Positions 23,826-36,240 of a DNA stretch of 64,000 bases are shown here, piece after piece. Under the pieces are notes generated by a model. It was not told the origin of the DNA. It worked only from the letters and a program-made list of their open reading frames with translations, and made no database searches. Each line of letters begins with the position of its first letter. The stretch's first letter is position 1. Origin of the DNA: Macrostomum lignano (Eukaryota); contig NIVC01000822.1 in assembly GCA_002269645.1 (NCBI GenBank), positions 310,805 through 374,804 on the forward strand, given 5' to 3'. The translations under genes were made by a program, and so were the position numbers.

Positions 23826-24179
23826 AATCGATTAGAGAAAAAATGGCTTAACCGATTTTCATGAGACTTGCACTCACTGAAGGCTCACTACGATCAACTT
23901 CGAGTCTGTGAAGGTTCCTGAGACGCAAAAGAGCTCTGAAAGTTGAAAATACTGCTCCTGAACCCAGTGAAGCTGCTACTGGATGCGATGACGATCGAGT
24001 GGTTCCATCTTTGCGAGACAGTTGGACCAAAGAAGATGGAGAACCCACAGCAGCCAAGCACTGAGGCTGGAGGCCCGCCAAGGTCATCGCCCAGGCGGAG
24101 CGAGCGCTGGGCACTGAAGCCTCGCATGTTTTATCGTACCTGAGTTCAGACCGTGCACCGCCCTGCAGAAGAGGGAGGA
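22575..24179 (+). mobile_element. Gypsy/Ty3 pol relic (RT end, RNase H, integrase) ending in a polypurine tract
   Basis: KVKAIQDMTPPQNVSELESFLGLVNF, LECDSSQRALGGVL, YSQIEQEGLALVW, KFTLITDHRPL, WERVHIDFVGP, DAYSNYPEV, SNGIAERIVRTVK, PRRSER; PPT AGAAGAGGGAGGA ends at 24179. Confidence 0.9.
23777..23824. repeat. (CTTG)n microsatellite
   Basis: About 12 perfect units. Confidence 0.95.
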
Positions 24180-24320
24180 TGTTGTGGGTGAAACAAAAGT
24201 TCCTCATAGACATTTATTTACGTGCCTGCGCAAATGTTAAATGAAGAGGTCGAACGGACCAAACTAGAAAAGAAAAAAGAATAAAATGAATTAAGAGCTG
24301 AGCTCAGCGTCAATGAGCCA
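24180..24320 (+). mobile_element. Putative short LTR (TGTTG...CA) between two Gypsy fragments
   Basis: Begins immediately after the PPT, ends in CA and is followed by PBS-like TGGATACGAG. Confidence 0.45.
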
Positions 24321-24359
24321 TGGATACGAGCTACATTGAAGGCTTAAAGACAAAATACA

Positions 24360-24772
24360 ACAGCGGCAAGATGAATCATCTGGCCAAGGCTTGCTTCAGC
24401 GGCCGCTCAAAGATCAACGCACTGCAGCCAGAGCAAGATCAGCCAGCCGACCAGTCGGTGAGCGAAGTGTTCTGCACCCTCAGCGCCAAGGACGACGGAG
24501 CCAAATTCAGCATCGGCATCAACGGACAGGAAATCCGCACCCTAATTGACAGTGGGGCAAGCTGCAACGTTCTGGACAACGCGACGTTCCGCAGAGTATG
24601 CCGCCGTAGTGGCACGCCGCTGACACCGTCCAACACCAAAGTCTTCGTACTCGGCGCCAGCGAACCGCTGGAGGTGGCGGGCCAGATCCAGCTACCAGTC
24701 AGCGCAAACCGCCACGAGTTGGAGGCCACCTTTATCATCATCAAGAGCAGCTGCACTCTGATACTCGGCTAA
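24360..24772 (+). mobile_element. Gypsy gag zinc-knuckle remnant and aspartic protease
   Basis: NHLAKAC (half CCHC) followed by INGQEIRTLIDSGASCNVL. Confidence 0.85.
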
Positions 24773-25499
24773 GTCATCAGAAGTGAAAATACCATGTTTC
24801 AGGCGCGTCGTCACCGGGGGGGGGGAGGACATGTCTCCCCAGTAGAAGCTATGGGATGACATGCCAATGCTTCCACCCATCCCACCTTGTGACTCGTGGT
24901 AATCAATAATTTTTCTTCAGGGCGTCAAAACATAGCACCTTCGGCGCCAAAAAGAGTGCCTGCGATGCCAAAAAGGATGCCTGCGGCCAAAATTAGTGCG
25001 GACAAAACGATTCTCAAAATAATGGAAATGTAGGAATTTTGTCATGTACATGTACAATATTGAATTCTTGCTTTGGTCTCCCCTCCCATTTTTTTAGCTC
25101 ACTAAAAATGAGTGAGCTATTTATTAAAAAATATTGGATGGAGCCAGAGTTGATTAGCTCCAAAACATTTTCTGCATTAGAATTTTCTGAAAGAGTCTCT
25201 GGTTCGAGAACAAAAAAGTTCATTAATACGTAGCTAATGGTTTATTGTCCTAATGTGACAAGGTACATACATGTAAAATTCTGACAATAATTTTTACAAA
25301 GGCAGCCTTAAGAAGATATAAAACTGAAAAAATGAATACGATGCGATTATATTATTTTTGTAATGAGTATTGCTAAAAATCAGGATGAATCTTGGCTTGA
25401 TTCTAAGGCCGCAATTTAATAAATTTATTTAAAATAAAAAGCAAATACCAATGAGGAGTAGCTTTATAGAGGCTGTACGATTATGGGGGTGACGTTGCT

Positions 25500-26110
25500 G
25501 TGGTCGGCGTCTCACTGTCTGCGGCTGTTGTGATCCGTTCTCAACATCCGCTGACCATGATCGCGCGAGCTGCCTAGATGTGAATGATCTCTACCTTCAT
25601 GTGGCAGGCGTCTGAGGCTGTTGTCTTCGACGCCTCGGCGTCATAGAGAGCCACGGATTCCATGTAGTTATGGTAAAGTCGTTTCAAGCATGTCCGCATC
25701 TTGTCCCCAGTCGCGTCCAGTGAGACAGCGAAGGGCGTTGAGGTGGGACTGCATACAAGCGTAGCTTTTGCATGTAATTCCTAGTCATCGCTGCGTGGTG
25801 GTGGATGATGATTCATGAGTATATGTAGACCACCCAGGAGGCGCGGCTCTCTTCGCAGGTTGCAATGTCCTTGCCAAAGTAGATTGTGGCCGGTCACGCT
25901 TGTCATTAACGTCGCGGGGTTATCAAGCGAGAGTGGTACGAAAAGACAGTCTTTAGCAGTGTCATGGGTCTCAACTTTCCAAAAGTTTGAGACCATCGCA
26001 CCAGCCAATCTAGCTGCTGCCATTTGAAAAAGTGGTTCCTTGCAGGTTTGCAGTATGGTCGCGTGATAAAAGGACCCAGAGGGGATTTCGGGAGTTTGCT
26101 GCACTTTTCG
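25500..26110 (-). mobile_element. Highly decayed RTE-like LINE remnant
   Basis: Hand translation KRLYHNYMESVALYDAEA resembles the RTE post-RT motif K(L/I)RLxxxxVESVLLYGxETW; otherwise heavily degraded. Confidence 0.35.
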
Positions 26111-26177
26111 GCAGTGTTATGATCTGCTGAAAGTCTCCACTATGTGACTATATGTAATCCGCTATGTACAAGTAATA

Positions 26178-26340
26178 TCATAAAAAGCTTAGATTATGGT
26201 AGCTGCGAGTAGTTGGGTCTAAGGCTACTGTTATATTGCACCAACCGAAGGACGTCGCTCTGAGATGGTCTGATAAAGCAAGGCTAAGCTTTCTTGAAAC
26301 ATTTAAGTCGCGGAACCTGCCAATGTTAACAATAATAATT
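26178..26340 (+). repeat. Short interspersed ~170-bp element with (AAT)n tail; second copy inverted at 30652-30805
   Basis: CTTAGATTATGGTAGCTGCGAGTAGTTGGGTC...GAAGGACGTCGCYCTGAGATGGTCTGATA...AACAATAATAATT occurs in both places. Confidence 0.8.
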
Positions 26341-27067
26341 TCCAATAGATAATTTAACACACCATGTAGTTCGCTGCCTCCAATCGAAGCTATGATAAAA
26401 TGACTGAGAAATCGCTTTCCTCACAGATGTGCGTTAAATATTAAGGACTGATTAATTGGCCTAAGATCAATAATTAAACTTATAATAGGCGAGAATATAT
26501 TAATTCCTACACAGACAGAGCTATACATTGAAAAAAGTTGTCAATCACAAAACTAATTAACAAAAACATACATTAGGTACTCGGCCTCCTGCGCCCTTAC
26601 CATCACAGTCTGTTAGAGTACGGCGAATTATTAGACTCGACACTAAACTATCAGATTAATACTTCGACATTGTAGACTGCTCAAGTTCCTATATTCAGAG
26701 TTTTATAGACTATCTATATAACCTACACTATCCTATGTGTTTTAGACTGGTATACTAACGCACGAGACCGGCGCATGAGCCAGTACATGTACGATCGAAC
26801 TGGGCCGACAAGAGCAAAAGCATGTTCGCGACGTTTGCATTCGGTGCTCGCGATATTTATACCAAAATTCCCGGTGAAGTAAAACAAACTTAATGCATGT
26901 ATTCGTAATTAACTTATCCCATATTAGTGTAGTGACTGGCTGCTAACTGGTTATTCAGCAGCATTCACTAGCTTTCCCTAAGAGTGCTGTGGTCCGCTGC
27001 ACAGTAGCTCAGTCCACCTGATCTAGTGAGAGAGATACCCTGTGCTGGGCCTAAGTGTTTACTGCCC

Positions 27068-27430
27068 GATGACTCATCGCCTGAGCAGGCGTGGGCAGCC
27101 ACACTCAATGTTTTCCCACTCGCGCTGAGGAGGCGTAGCAGGATGACTCATCACCTGCGCGGAGTGTAATGGCTGCCCAGAGGGAGTAAACAGGATGACT
27201 CATCCGCCCAAGTTCTATTTTTAGCACAGAAAAGCACGTGACTGTGCACGCACACTTTGCGTGGCCACTGACCTTGAGTCACGCCAATGCTGCGTGACAG
27301 AGTTGCCTTATTTGGAAGTTGGCCTTGAATCCCGCGTCGCTCGCATGATTTTAGTGACCAAATAAGGAAGTTTCACGCGCTCACCGCATGAAACTCACGT
27401 GACTTCTGGGGGTCCGCTCGGCTATAAATA
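27068..27430 (+). promoter_or_regulatory. Promoter-like module with four AP-1 sites and a TATA box, possibly LTR U3
   Basis: GATGACTCATC at 27068, 27142 and 27194; TGAGTCA at 27274; TATAAATA at 27423. Confidence 0.5.
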
Positions 27431-27890
27431 CGGAGCATCTGCGAGCCATTTTTCTCCAGATCGCGTCGTCCTGCCTGGGCTCGACCGGAGCTGCCTCTCT
27501 GCCTCCGAGCTCTCCTCTCTCATTTCAGGTTTTCAGGTTTTCAGGTTCGAGCAGCATTTTACTAAGACGATCGACTGTCGGGACATTTTTCAGATTTGCC
27601 TTTGCTCCGAGCGACTTCGTTATTTTATTTCAGGTGACGGATAGACAACTCTGCCGACGCGTCGAGTCCGCACACCAAGGTGGCAGCAACCCTACCAAGT
27701 CAAGGCTAACGTTTTAGGTTCATTTTCAGGCAAATCGATAGGTAGTACAACGGTGCTATCTAAGCTACTTCAGGAGCAGCGGGTTCTATTTCTAGGAACA
27801 TCTTCAAGAACCCGAGAAGGAGTAGTACTTCATTAGTAATCGTCGCTTGTGCACAAGTTTCCAGTGAATTATTAGGCGAATTATTAATTA

Positions 27891-28397
27891 ACTAGCTGTT
27901 GAAACCTGCAGATTTTGAACCCGGGGAATTCCAATCCCCGGAACTATTTTTGCATGTATTTTGAAATCCAAGGCCATACACAACAAAAACTTGTTAATAG
28001 TTAGTAGAGTAGAGGTAAATATAAAGTGGAGTACATTCGTGTAAAATTTGGATTTGAGGCAAACAGTGATATTGTTGGCTGGGGTGCTGCGCAGAATGTG
28101 AGGCAATGTCGGTCTGACTCTGAACATGTAATTGACAAACTCTGGCCTCTGCCTCTGACTCTCCCTACGTACCTTGGATCCTTTGAAACTTATATCTTCT
28201 CTTCTGTTTCCTCTCTTCTCTCTCGTCTGCTATCTCATCTCTCCTTTCTCCTCTTTTATCTCTTCTCTTTTCTCTCTGCTCTCTACTCTCTCTTCTCTCC
28301 CCTCTTCTCATTCCTCACTCTCCCCTCTCTCAACACTTCCATCTTCTCTCCTCTCTCCTCTACTCTATCTCATCTCTCCTCTCTACTCTTACCTCTC

Positions 28398-28428
<31 letters not shown>

Positions 28429-28985
28429 CTCTCTCTCACACACACACTCTCTCTCTCCCATTTCTATTCTCCTCTCTCTTCTCATCTCTGTAAGATCTTT
28501 TCTCTTATCTCTCCTCGTTCTATCTAAACTCCCATCTCCCGTCTGTTCACTCTCGTCTTTGCTGCCTCATCCCCCTCTTTCATCTGTCATCTTCTCTGAT
28601 CTCTCATTTCTCATCTCTCCTTGCACCTCTCTCATCTCTACAACCTTTGAGATGTAGAGATGTATTTTGATCTCTTCTCTCTTCCCTTTAATCTCTCATC
28701 TCTCCTTTCACCTCTTTCCTCTCTCCTCTCTGCTCCTCTCTCCTTTCTCCTCTCATCTGCAGCTCTCTGCTCTCTAATCTCTACTCTCTTCTCTCTCTTC
28801 TCTACTCGCTCCTCTCTACTCTCTCCTCTCTAATCTTATCTCTCTCATCTCGCTTCTCCTCTCTCCCCTCTTCTCCCCCTTTCTCTCTCATCGACCTCAC
28901 CCCTCGTCTTATCCCTTATTATCCTTTATCGCCTCTCCTCTCTTTTCGAAAAAGGACAGATTTTTCATTTTTTATGTATACATAT
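27891..28985 (+). mobile_element. Non-autonomous Helentron/HINE-like element with a CT-rich core
   Basis: Starts ACTAGCTGTT; a ~280-bp head is shared with 34483-34760, followed by a decayed CT-rich array; ends GGACAGATTTTTCATTTTTATGTATACATAT. Class assignment is by resemblance only. Confidence 0.45.
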
Positions 28986-29499
28986 TTAATTACCATTTAC
29001 GATACTACGTTATATCTTAGGAGCACTACCACAACTACAGAATACACAGAGACTGTGACCACAACTCTTTTCTGATCTGGACTAATGAAAAAACTAAAAA
29101 AACTAATTTGACCAATAAAGTGATTAGTAACGTTTTTTTTTCAATAGTAGTCAATAGTATTATTAATATATTCTAGTACTGTTATTATTATTATTACCAA
29201 AATAATTGTCAATATACATCGACGACCTACTATAAGAGCACGGATGACACTGTTAATTAATATCCCTCGAGCAAGGGAAACTTCACATAAAACTTAGCAC
29301 GTTACACCACTCCGATACGAAAGTAAATATACTTTATTAGTTCGACAATAAGGGTTACTGCACCAAAGCAGTCATGAAAGTTAATAAAGTAGTTATAGTC
29401 AATGACGAGATTAGCGGATTAAGTGGATGCAGTTACATGGATTAGCAATTTATTAGCTCGCTCACAGAATAAAAAAAACATTTGACAGGCTCAATTACA

Positions 29500-31945
29500 A
29501 AGTGTGACAAACCAAATAATTTCATTCACTACGGCAGCAAGGTCCGGTTGTCACTGCACTGCAGAGTCTGTCGCTCGGCCAGGACCCTAGGTAGCGCAAT
29601 CGCTGGTGGTGCAACCTTTGGCAGCGGTATCTCTTCCTGAATCTGCGCAGCCGACGTTGGTATCACGGCCCACAGCCGCTGGATTCGCTCGACTGATGCT
29701 TCTGCTATAGGCGAGATCCGGAAAGACCCGGGTCGACCCATGGACTCCGTCGTCTGGTTTGCCGACGGGTTTCCTGACGACGTCCGCTTGGCCTCTTTCG
29801 ACGCCTCTGCCTTCAAGTGTCGATTAACTATTCTGATCTTGCTCTTCTGCATCCAAGTCTATAGATTTATGTCAGTTTCACCTATGCTAGCATCTAGAGC
29901 CTGAGTATCCATTGTCCCTGTCTCTTAGGAGGAATGAGTGTAAGATTATTCAGATGAGCGAAGATTGTTTTACCAACGTACCACTCTCGTCTTGTCTCTA
30001 GGAGACAATTGTGATAATTGTTTTCAAGTTTCTAATTGAGACGCTCAACAAGTCCTGGAAAGCAACACAGATCGGAAAAGAATGAATCGAAGCCTTCGGT
30101 TCATGCCTCGGTTTACTCTCATTACCAGTCTGATGTATGCACGCACAAGGCGCTGCTAGCAGCTGGCACTTCCATTCTCTCAGTCGAAAGCACTTTACAA
30201 GTCCGTGGCGGAACTTTAGAATAACAGAGATAGGGACACAGGTCGTTTTTCAGGACAAGAGTACCTTCCGGGAACTTTAATTTAGTGTCTGACAATAACG
30301 GAGTGCGAACTGCATGCCTAGAACATTCTCGGTGTCTTGTTTGCACAACAGGAACTTAATTCAACTCAACACGGAGATCCCCGATTTGCACAAATGCTTC
30401 GGCCTCGCCGAACAACGGAATATCTACGTCATTAAAGGACAGGACCTTTTCGAAACTCGGGCGAATTCCTCTACGGTTCTCGCCAACAAAAATCCCCCCC
30501 AAGCATTTCTAGTCAAAACCTTCTTGGTTGAAGCAGTATCAAGTAAAAAGCATGTATTAACTCCGTCGACCTTAGGGTAAAAATAAGGATCTGCCGCTGT
30601 CCTAGGTCGCTCGAAGAACAATCTAGTTTCATATGTTTATGTTGTAAAGAATTATTATTGTTAATTAACATTGTGAGGTTCCGCAACTTATCAAGAAAGC
30701 TTAGCCTTTCTCTATCAGACCATCTCAGGGCGACGTCCTTCGATTGGGTTAACATGCATAACAGTATAGCATTAGACCCAACTACTCGCAGCTACCATAA
30801 TCTAAGTTATTTAGGATATTTGTCACCGGAAATAGCGCTAATTGTTAATTAGTACCCTTAAGAGTTCGGTGACATTTAGCCGACCGTTAGATTACTGCCA
30901 GACGCTGAGTCAACATCGTTAAGAGTCCAGAGACGATTAGCCCAAATTCAAACAAAGAGCTGGTGAATCATAGTGTGATAGTTTGATCCAATTAAATTTT
31001 AGAGTTCTGGAGAGCCAATTTTAAGTATTTGTCCAAATTGCATATTCTCCGGATGCTACTCGTTAGTAGCAACTCTAGGCACTCGGTGATTTCTTCCAGC
31101 TTTTCCTGTTCAACCTTCTGTTCTTGTTCTTCCTCACTCTTGGCTACTCTTATACCTAAATTCTTACGGGAAATGTTCCAGGCTGCTTTCATCCTCCATG
31201 AGCATCCTTCTGGCCTCTTGCAGATTAGCTGGTTGAGCAAAGATGAGCTTCTTATGGGTCTCAGATAGAATTCTCACACCCTGGATGAACTGTTTCACGA
31301 TCTCTTCTTCGCGCTGCTCCATATAGTCATGTTCGGGAAAGCTCACGAAGCTAGCTCAATTGGACAGTCAGTGTATGACTCCAGTGACTCGTTTAATTCC
31401 GCCTTGCATTCGACCTCTGAATTCTGCTGAACTACGTGGTCCATGCTGCCAACGTTCCACTGGGAGGTCATCTGGGATCGAGGTTTAGACGCTGAACTGC
31501 TGCAAACGCAGTAGCCATGCAGGTTGCGAGAAGCTCTTGCTTCTGGTGATCTTCTTCAATACCTTCAGCTTCACAGCGCTGGTCAAACGCGGTCAGCCAG
31601 ACCCTGGTGTCTTGGCCAGGCGTGAACTTCTCTGAATTTTCACATACATTTACATCCTTTGAGGTCATAATTTGAAGTCTGTTTCGTTGTTCTTCAGCTA
31701 GCACAGCAATCGCATCATTAGCGTTGGCCATATCTTATTTCCTATGTCCCAGTTTCTCTAATTACACAGTCATCCTCTCGCTAATCCATCGAATTCTCAC
31801 CGTTTCTCTGATGAGATCTATCGGATTTGTGCCGCTTCCTGATCTGTCAAAGTTCTGCCGTTTCTCAGAGCCTTCACGCTGCCACAAAAGTTGTCGTAGA
31901 GGTTGCCTCTGTCCTCTAAAATTCCACTAATGCCACCAAGCTGCG
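29500..31945 (-). mobile_element. Decayed Gypsy element (PBS, gag, protease)
   Basis: PBS-like TGGTGGCA near 31938; gag-like EKFTPGQDTRVWLTAFDQRCEAEG and EEEIVKQFIQGV...KLIFAQPANLQEA; protease-like KVDGVNTCFLLDTAS. Confidence 0.6.
30652..30805 (-). repeat. Second copy of the ~170-bp element, inserted in the Gypsy relic
   Basis: Reverse-complement match to 26178-26340. Confidence 0.8.
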
Positions 31946-33455
31946 CTAGGGCGAATATCTTCTGTGGGAGGGGGCAGCTCGAGAGCTTTTAAATCTTTTA
32001 AATCTTTTAAATCCTAAAAACTAAAGCCAGTAATTGCTGAAAGGCTGATTCGAAGCTGATCAGAACGAGTGGTTTTCTCATCGCCCAGATCGCGTCTATA
32101 TTATACTAAAATTTCCGTTCGTTTAAAAGAAAGAAATAAGTTACGAAAATATCTTACAAGATACGTGTATCAAAACGAAGTGTTTTTTCTTAGAAACGCG
32201 CAGATTTGAACTTGCATAGAAAGTTGGATTTTCTGGTAAAAATGATAAAAAAACCTGTAAAAAAAGAAGGCCCTTCTGGCCTTCCACTAATAATATACCT
32301 TAGTGCGTCCAAACAATTCATAGACACCCCTCATATCTCTGCATCTGTTCGATTGGTTTTGATAAACCATTAGCCTACAGAAAAATGATCTATATGTAAT
32401 GAATTCAATGCTTAAGTTTGAGCTAAATCGGGTTGACATAGCAAAAGCAATCAATCGTTTACTGAGAAACCTATAATCGTATAAATTAGAAATACAATCT
32501 TTAACTCAACAAAACTTTAACTTTGAGAAACAGATCACCAATCGTGAAAATCTTCAAAGTTATCGCCATTCTGTCGAATGAACTTGTCAATGGTTAGGCC
32601 CTATGGTATCGGCTTGCAATGTTGCAACTCTTTAATCCACGCTGACCACATGTCCTTAGGTGTCGCTTTGATCAGCCCCTCAGCAGCCGCAGCAGATCGG
32701 GGAAGCTGGCGAACTGCTTGCCTATTGGACTCATCTTGCACGATGGATCTGCTCTTGAACTTGTCTCCTAGACCAGAGTTTGAGATGAAATTGCCTCATT
32801 TGTTGTAAGCAGACTTAGTATTGGCGATAGGCCTAGGCCTACTTCTGCTCAAGAATGTGCCAGCCATTCTTGAACCACATGAAGTTGGTTCTGCATCAGC
32901 ATCTGTAACTGCTGTTGGTTTTACACATTGTCTTATGGCATAAGTCCATTTTCATTCATTTATACTGCTTGTTTTACTGCTTCATTTTTTGGCTCTTTTT
33001 TTATCTATACCTTATCTATACCTATGGCTAAACCTTCACAGCTTGCAAGTAATTATTAATCAGTATCCAGCAATGCCAAAAGTAGTGATGTGTTTTCTAA
33101 TTAATTTTTCTAAAAATTAGCAGCAATTTCCCCACTTGGGTCTAGCTAGATTTGATTTTGATATTCTTCAAAAAACAAAAATCATACTGATAATTTTGTG
33201 GGTTCCTCAGTAAATGAATGATTGCTTCTATTCTGTCAACCTAATTAGGCCTAAAATGAAAAATTAGGCCTAGCACAAAATTTAATTGTACTACATATAG
33301 CTATAGGCCAATATAGCCCCCTATGTAATATTAATAGGCCTATAATTTTTTATCAAAATTTGTAAAAGTAATAGGCCTACGTCTAAGTCTATTAAGTCTA
33401 TGTATTTTGTGCTATTTGTCTATTTGTTTATCAGTCTGTTTGTCATTGATTTAGC

Positions 33456-33832
33456 TAGAGATCGGGCGGGATTGGGATTGGGAATGATTTTTTCTCAGGA
33501 TCAGGATTGGGATTCAAGAATTGGGATCAGGTCTTTTAGTGTATTGTCCATGTAAAGACAGTTAAACAAAATTGAGAAAAGATTGTCAAGATCAAGAAGT
33601 AAAACACAACAAAATTGATATGAGTTTTTGTAACCAACAAAGTAAATAATGTAACGAGTACAAGTTAAAGCAAAATACTTTCAAGTAATCACTAATTCTA
33701 TAAATTTTTAATCAAAAGACCTGTTCCCAAATCTCAAGTTTTTTAGGGTCGGGATTCTGGTCCCATGGGAATTCAATTTTCTTTGGGATCCCAAGATTTT
33801 GGGATCAGGATCGGGATCCCGTCTGACCTCTA
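33456..33832. mobile_element. hAT-type MITE, 377 bp
   Basis: Imperfect TIRs TAGAGATCGGGCGGGAT / TAGAGGTCAGACGGGAT (rc), subterminal GGGAT repeats and an exact 8-bp TSD GATTTAGC (33448-33455, 33833-33840). Confidence 0.85.
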
Positions 33833-34482
33833 GATTTAGCTAGGTATTGACCATTTTGGTAAAAGACCACTTGGACAAAGGCCACTTTGGCAAAAGACAA
33901 TTTTGGAGAATCCATTTTGACAAATGAAATGACTACTTTGGCAAAGCCTGTGGAACTTAACGAAGCATTTTTAACAAAACAAGACCATGGAATGCTTACT
34001 AGCACGAGATTTTCTCTGGCAGAGAAATTAATCTTTGCTTCTTGGAATACTGAGTTCATCTACTAATGAGATTCTAAGATTATCTCTACATTCTAAGATT
34101 ATTGCTGCAATAATCTTAATAAAACCTAATGCACTTTTAAGTAAATTGTAAAGGGATTTTGTATGACATAATTGCCATATTTTGGGAGAAAATGCTAATT
34201 GATAGAGTATATTGTAAGACTATCAAATGAAGCTTTTTTGTAGCCTGCTTGGCAACATGTGTTGACTCTATATGATGGGATGCCATGCCATAGCGCATAA
34301 AAATGTACAAAATTAACCATGCTGTTTTGGCTTAGACTTACTCATAGGCTTATTGAAGGAATTTGGCCTAATGAAAAATCTATGCAATGAAATATACATT
34401 ATGCTTCTTTGCACAAGAATTTTCTTATATATGTACCATGGAAAGGATACCATAGTAGAGGAAGATTTGGTATATATATATA

Positions 34483-36240
34483 CAAGCTGTTGAAACCCGT
34501 AGATTTTGAACCCGGGGAACTCCATTCCCTGGAATTATTTTTGCATGTATTCTAAAATCTGAGGTAAAACTCAAACAAAAACTTGTTCCCTTGTTAATAG
34601 CTAGGATAGAGTTAAACATAAAATAGTGTACATTCATGTAAAATTAGGATTTGAGGCAAACATTGATATTGTTGCCTGGGGTGCTGCGCAGAATGTCTGG
34701 CAAACTCTGGCCTCTATGTACCTCTGCCTCTCCCTATGTCCTTTGCATCCTTTGAAACTTCCATCTTCTTTTCTGTTTCCTATCTTCTCTCTCGTCTCTT
34801 CTCTCTCTCCCCTCTTATCTCTTCTTTCTTCTCTCCTCTCTCGTCTCCTCTCTCGTCTCTTCCCTCTCCCCTCTATTCTTTTCTCTCTCTTCTCCTCTCT
34901 TCGCTCTGGTCTCTGGTCTCTCATATCTCATTTCTTCTGTTTTATCTTTTCTCATTTCTCTCTGCTCTCTACTCTCTCTTCCCTCTGCTCTCTGCTTTCT
35001 CTTCCCTCACCTCTCTTCTCACTCCTTACTATACCCTCTCTCAACACTTTCCTTATCTCTACTCTCTCCTTTTTCCTCTCTTCTCTCAACTCTTTCCTCT
35101 CCTCTGTCCACTCTTTCCTCTCATCTCTCTGCTCTCTCCTATCCTATCTCTCTTCTCTCTCTTCTCTCCCCTCTTTCCTCTCCTCTCTCGTCCTTTTCAC
35201 CAATTTCCCCTGTCCTCTCTATTCTCTCCCCCTCCTCTCTCCTCACTCACTTCTCATCTCTCCCTTGTCTCCACCTCTCATTCCTTATTTCTTATCTCTC
35301 CTCTTTTCTCTCTACTCTCCCATCTCTCGTCTGTTCACTCTCGTTTCTGCTCTCTCATCTCCCCTCTCTTATCTGTCATCCTTACTCTCATATGTTATCT
35401 CACCTCTCTTCCCTTGTACTCCTCTCTTTCCCCTTTTTGACTCAGGAGGACTCGATCCTTTCTTCTTTCTTCTCGTCTCGTCTCTTCTCTCTTCTATACT
35501 TTCTCCCTCTCTTGTCTTCTCTCTTCTTTCTCACTCTCCTCTCTCCTCTCTTATATCGTCTTTTCACTCTCATCGTTGCTCTCTCATTCCCCTCTCTCTT
35601 CTGTCATCTCTACTCTCCTCTCTACTGTGCACTCTTCTCTTTCCCCTCTTCTGACTCCTCTCTTTCCTTACTCCTCTCTTCTCTTCCCTCTTCTATACTC
35701 TCTCCCCTCTATTCTCTTTTATCGTCTCTCCGCACTCTGCTCTCTCTTCCTTCATCTCTTATCTCTACTTTACTCTCTCATATTTCCTTTCATCTCACTC
35801 ATCTCTACAATCTTATCTCTTTCCTCTCTCCTCCTCTTCCCTTTACTCTATCATCTCTCCTTTGTCCTCTCTTCTTTCTCAACTCTCTCTCTCATCTCTA
35901 TCTTCTCTCTTCTCTCTCGTCTCTCCCCCTCTTATCTCCTCTCCTCTATCCTTTCTAATCCCCCCTCTCGATACTCTCATCTCCTCGTTGTTCTCTCATC
36001 TCACTCTTCTCTACTCTCCTCTCTCATCGATCCTCTGTCTCATCTCTCCCCTCTTCTCTCCATCTTCTCACCTCTACTATTTCCTCTCCCTTCTCTCTCC
36101 CCTCCTCTCGCTTCTTCGTCCCATATTCTCTGCTCTCTCCTCAACCTCCTCGTATGTCTCTCCTGTTATCTTCTATCTTTTCTTTTATCCCCTCTTGCCC
36201 CTCCTCCCTTTCTAATAGTCTATTCCTTTTCTTTTTCACT
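34483..36240 (+). mobile_element. Second copy of the head + CT-rich element
   Basis: AGCTGTTGAAACCCGTAGATTTTGAACCCGGGGAA...GGGGTGCTGCGCAGAATGT matches the 27893-28100 head, followed by ~1.5 kb of pyrimidine-rich sequence. Confidence 0.6.

Noticed and set aside
24800-24845. CAGGCGCGTCGTCACC-G-run, resembling a hAT non-autonomous end
   Set aside because: No matching right end or 8-bp TSD found.
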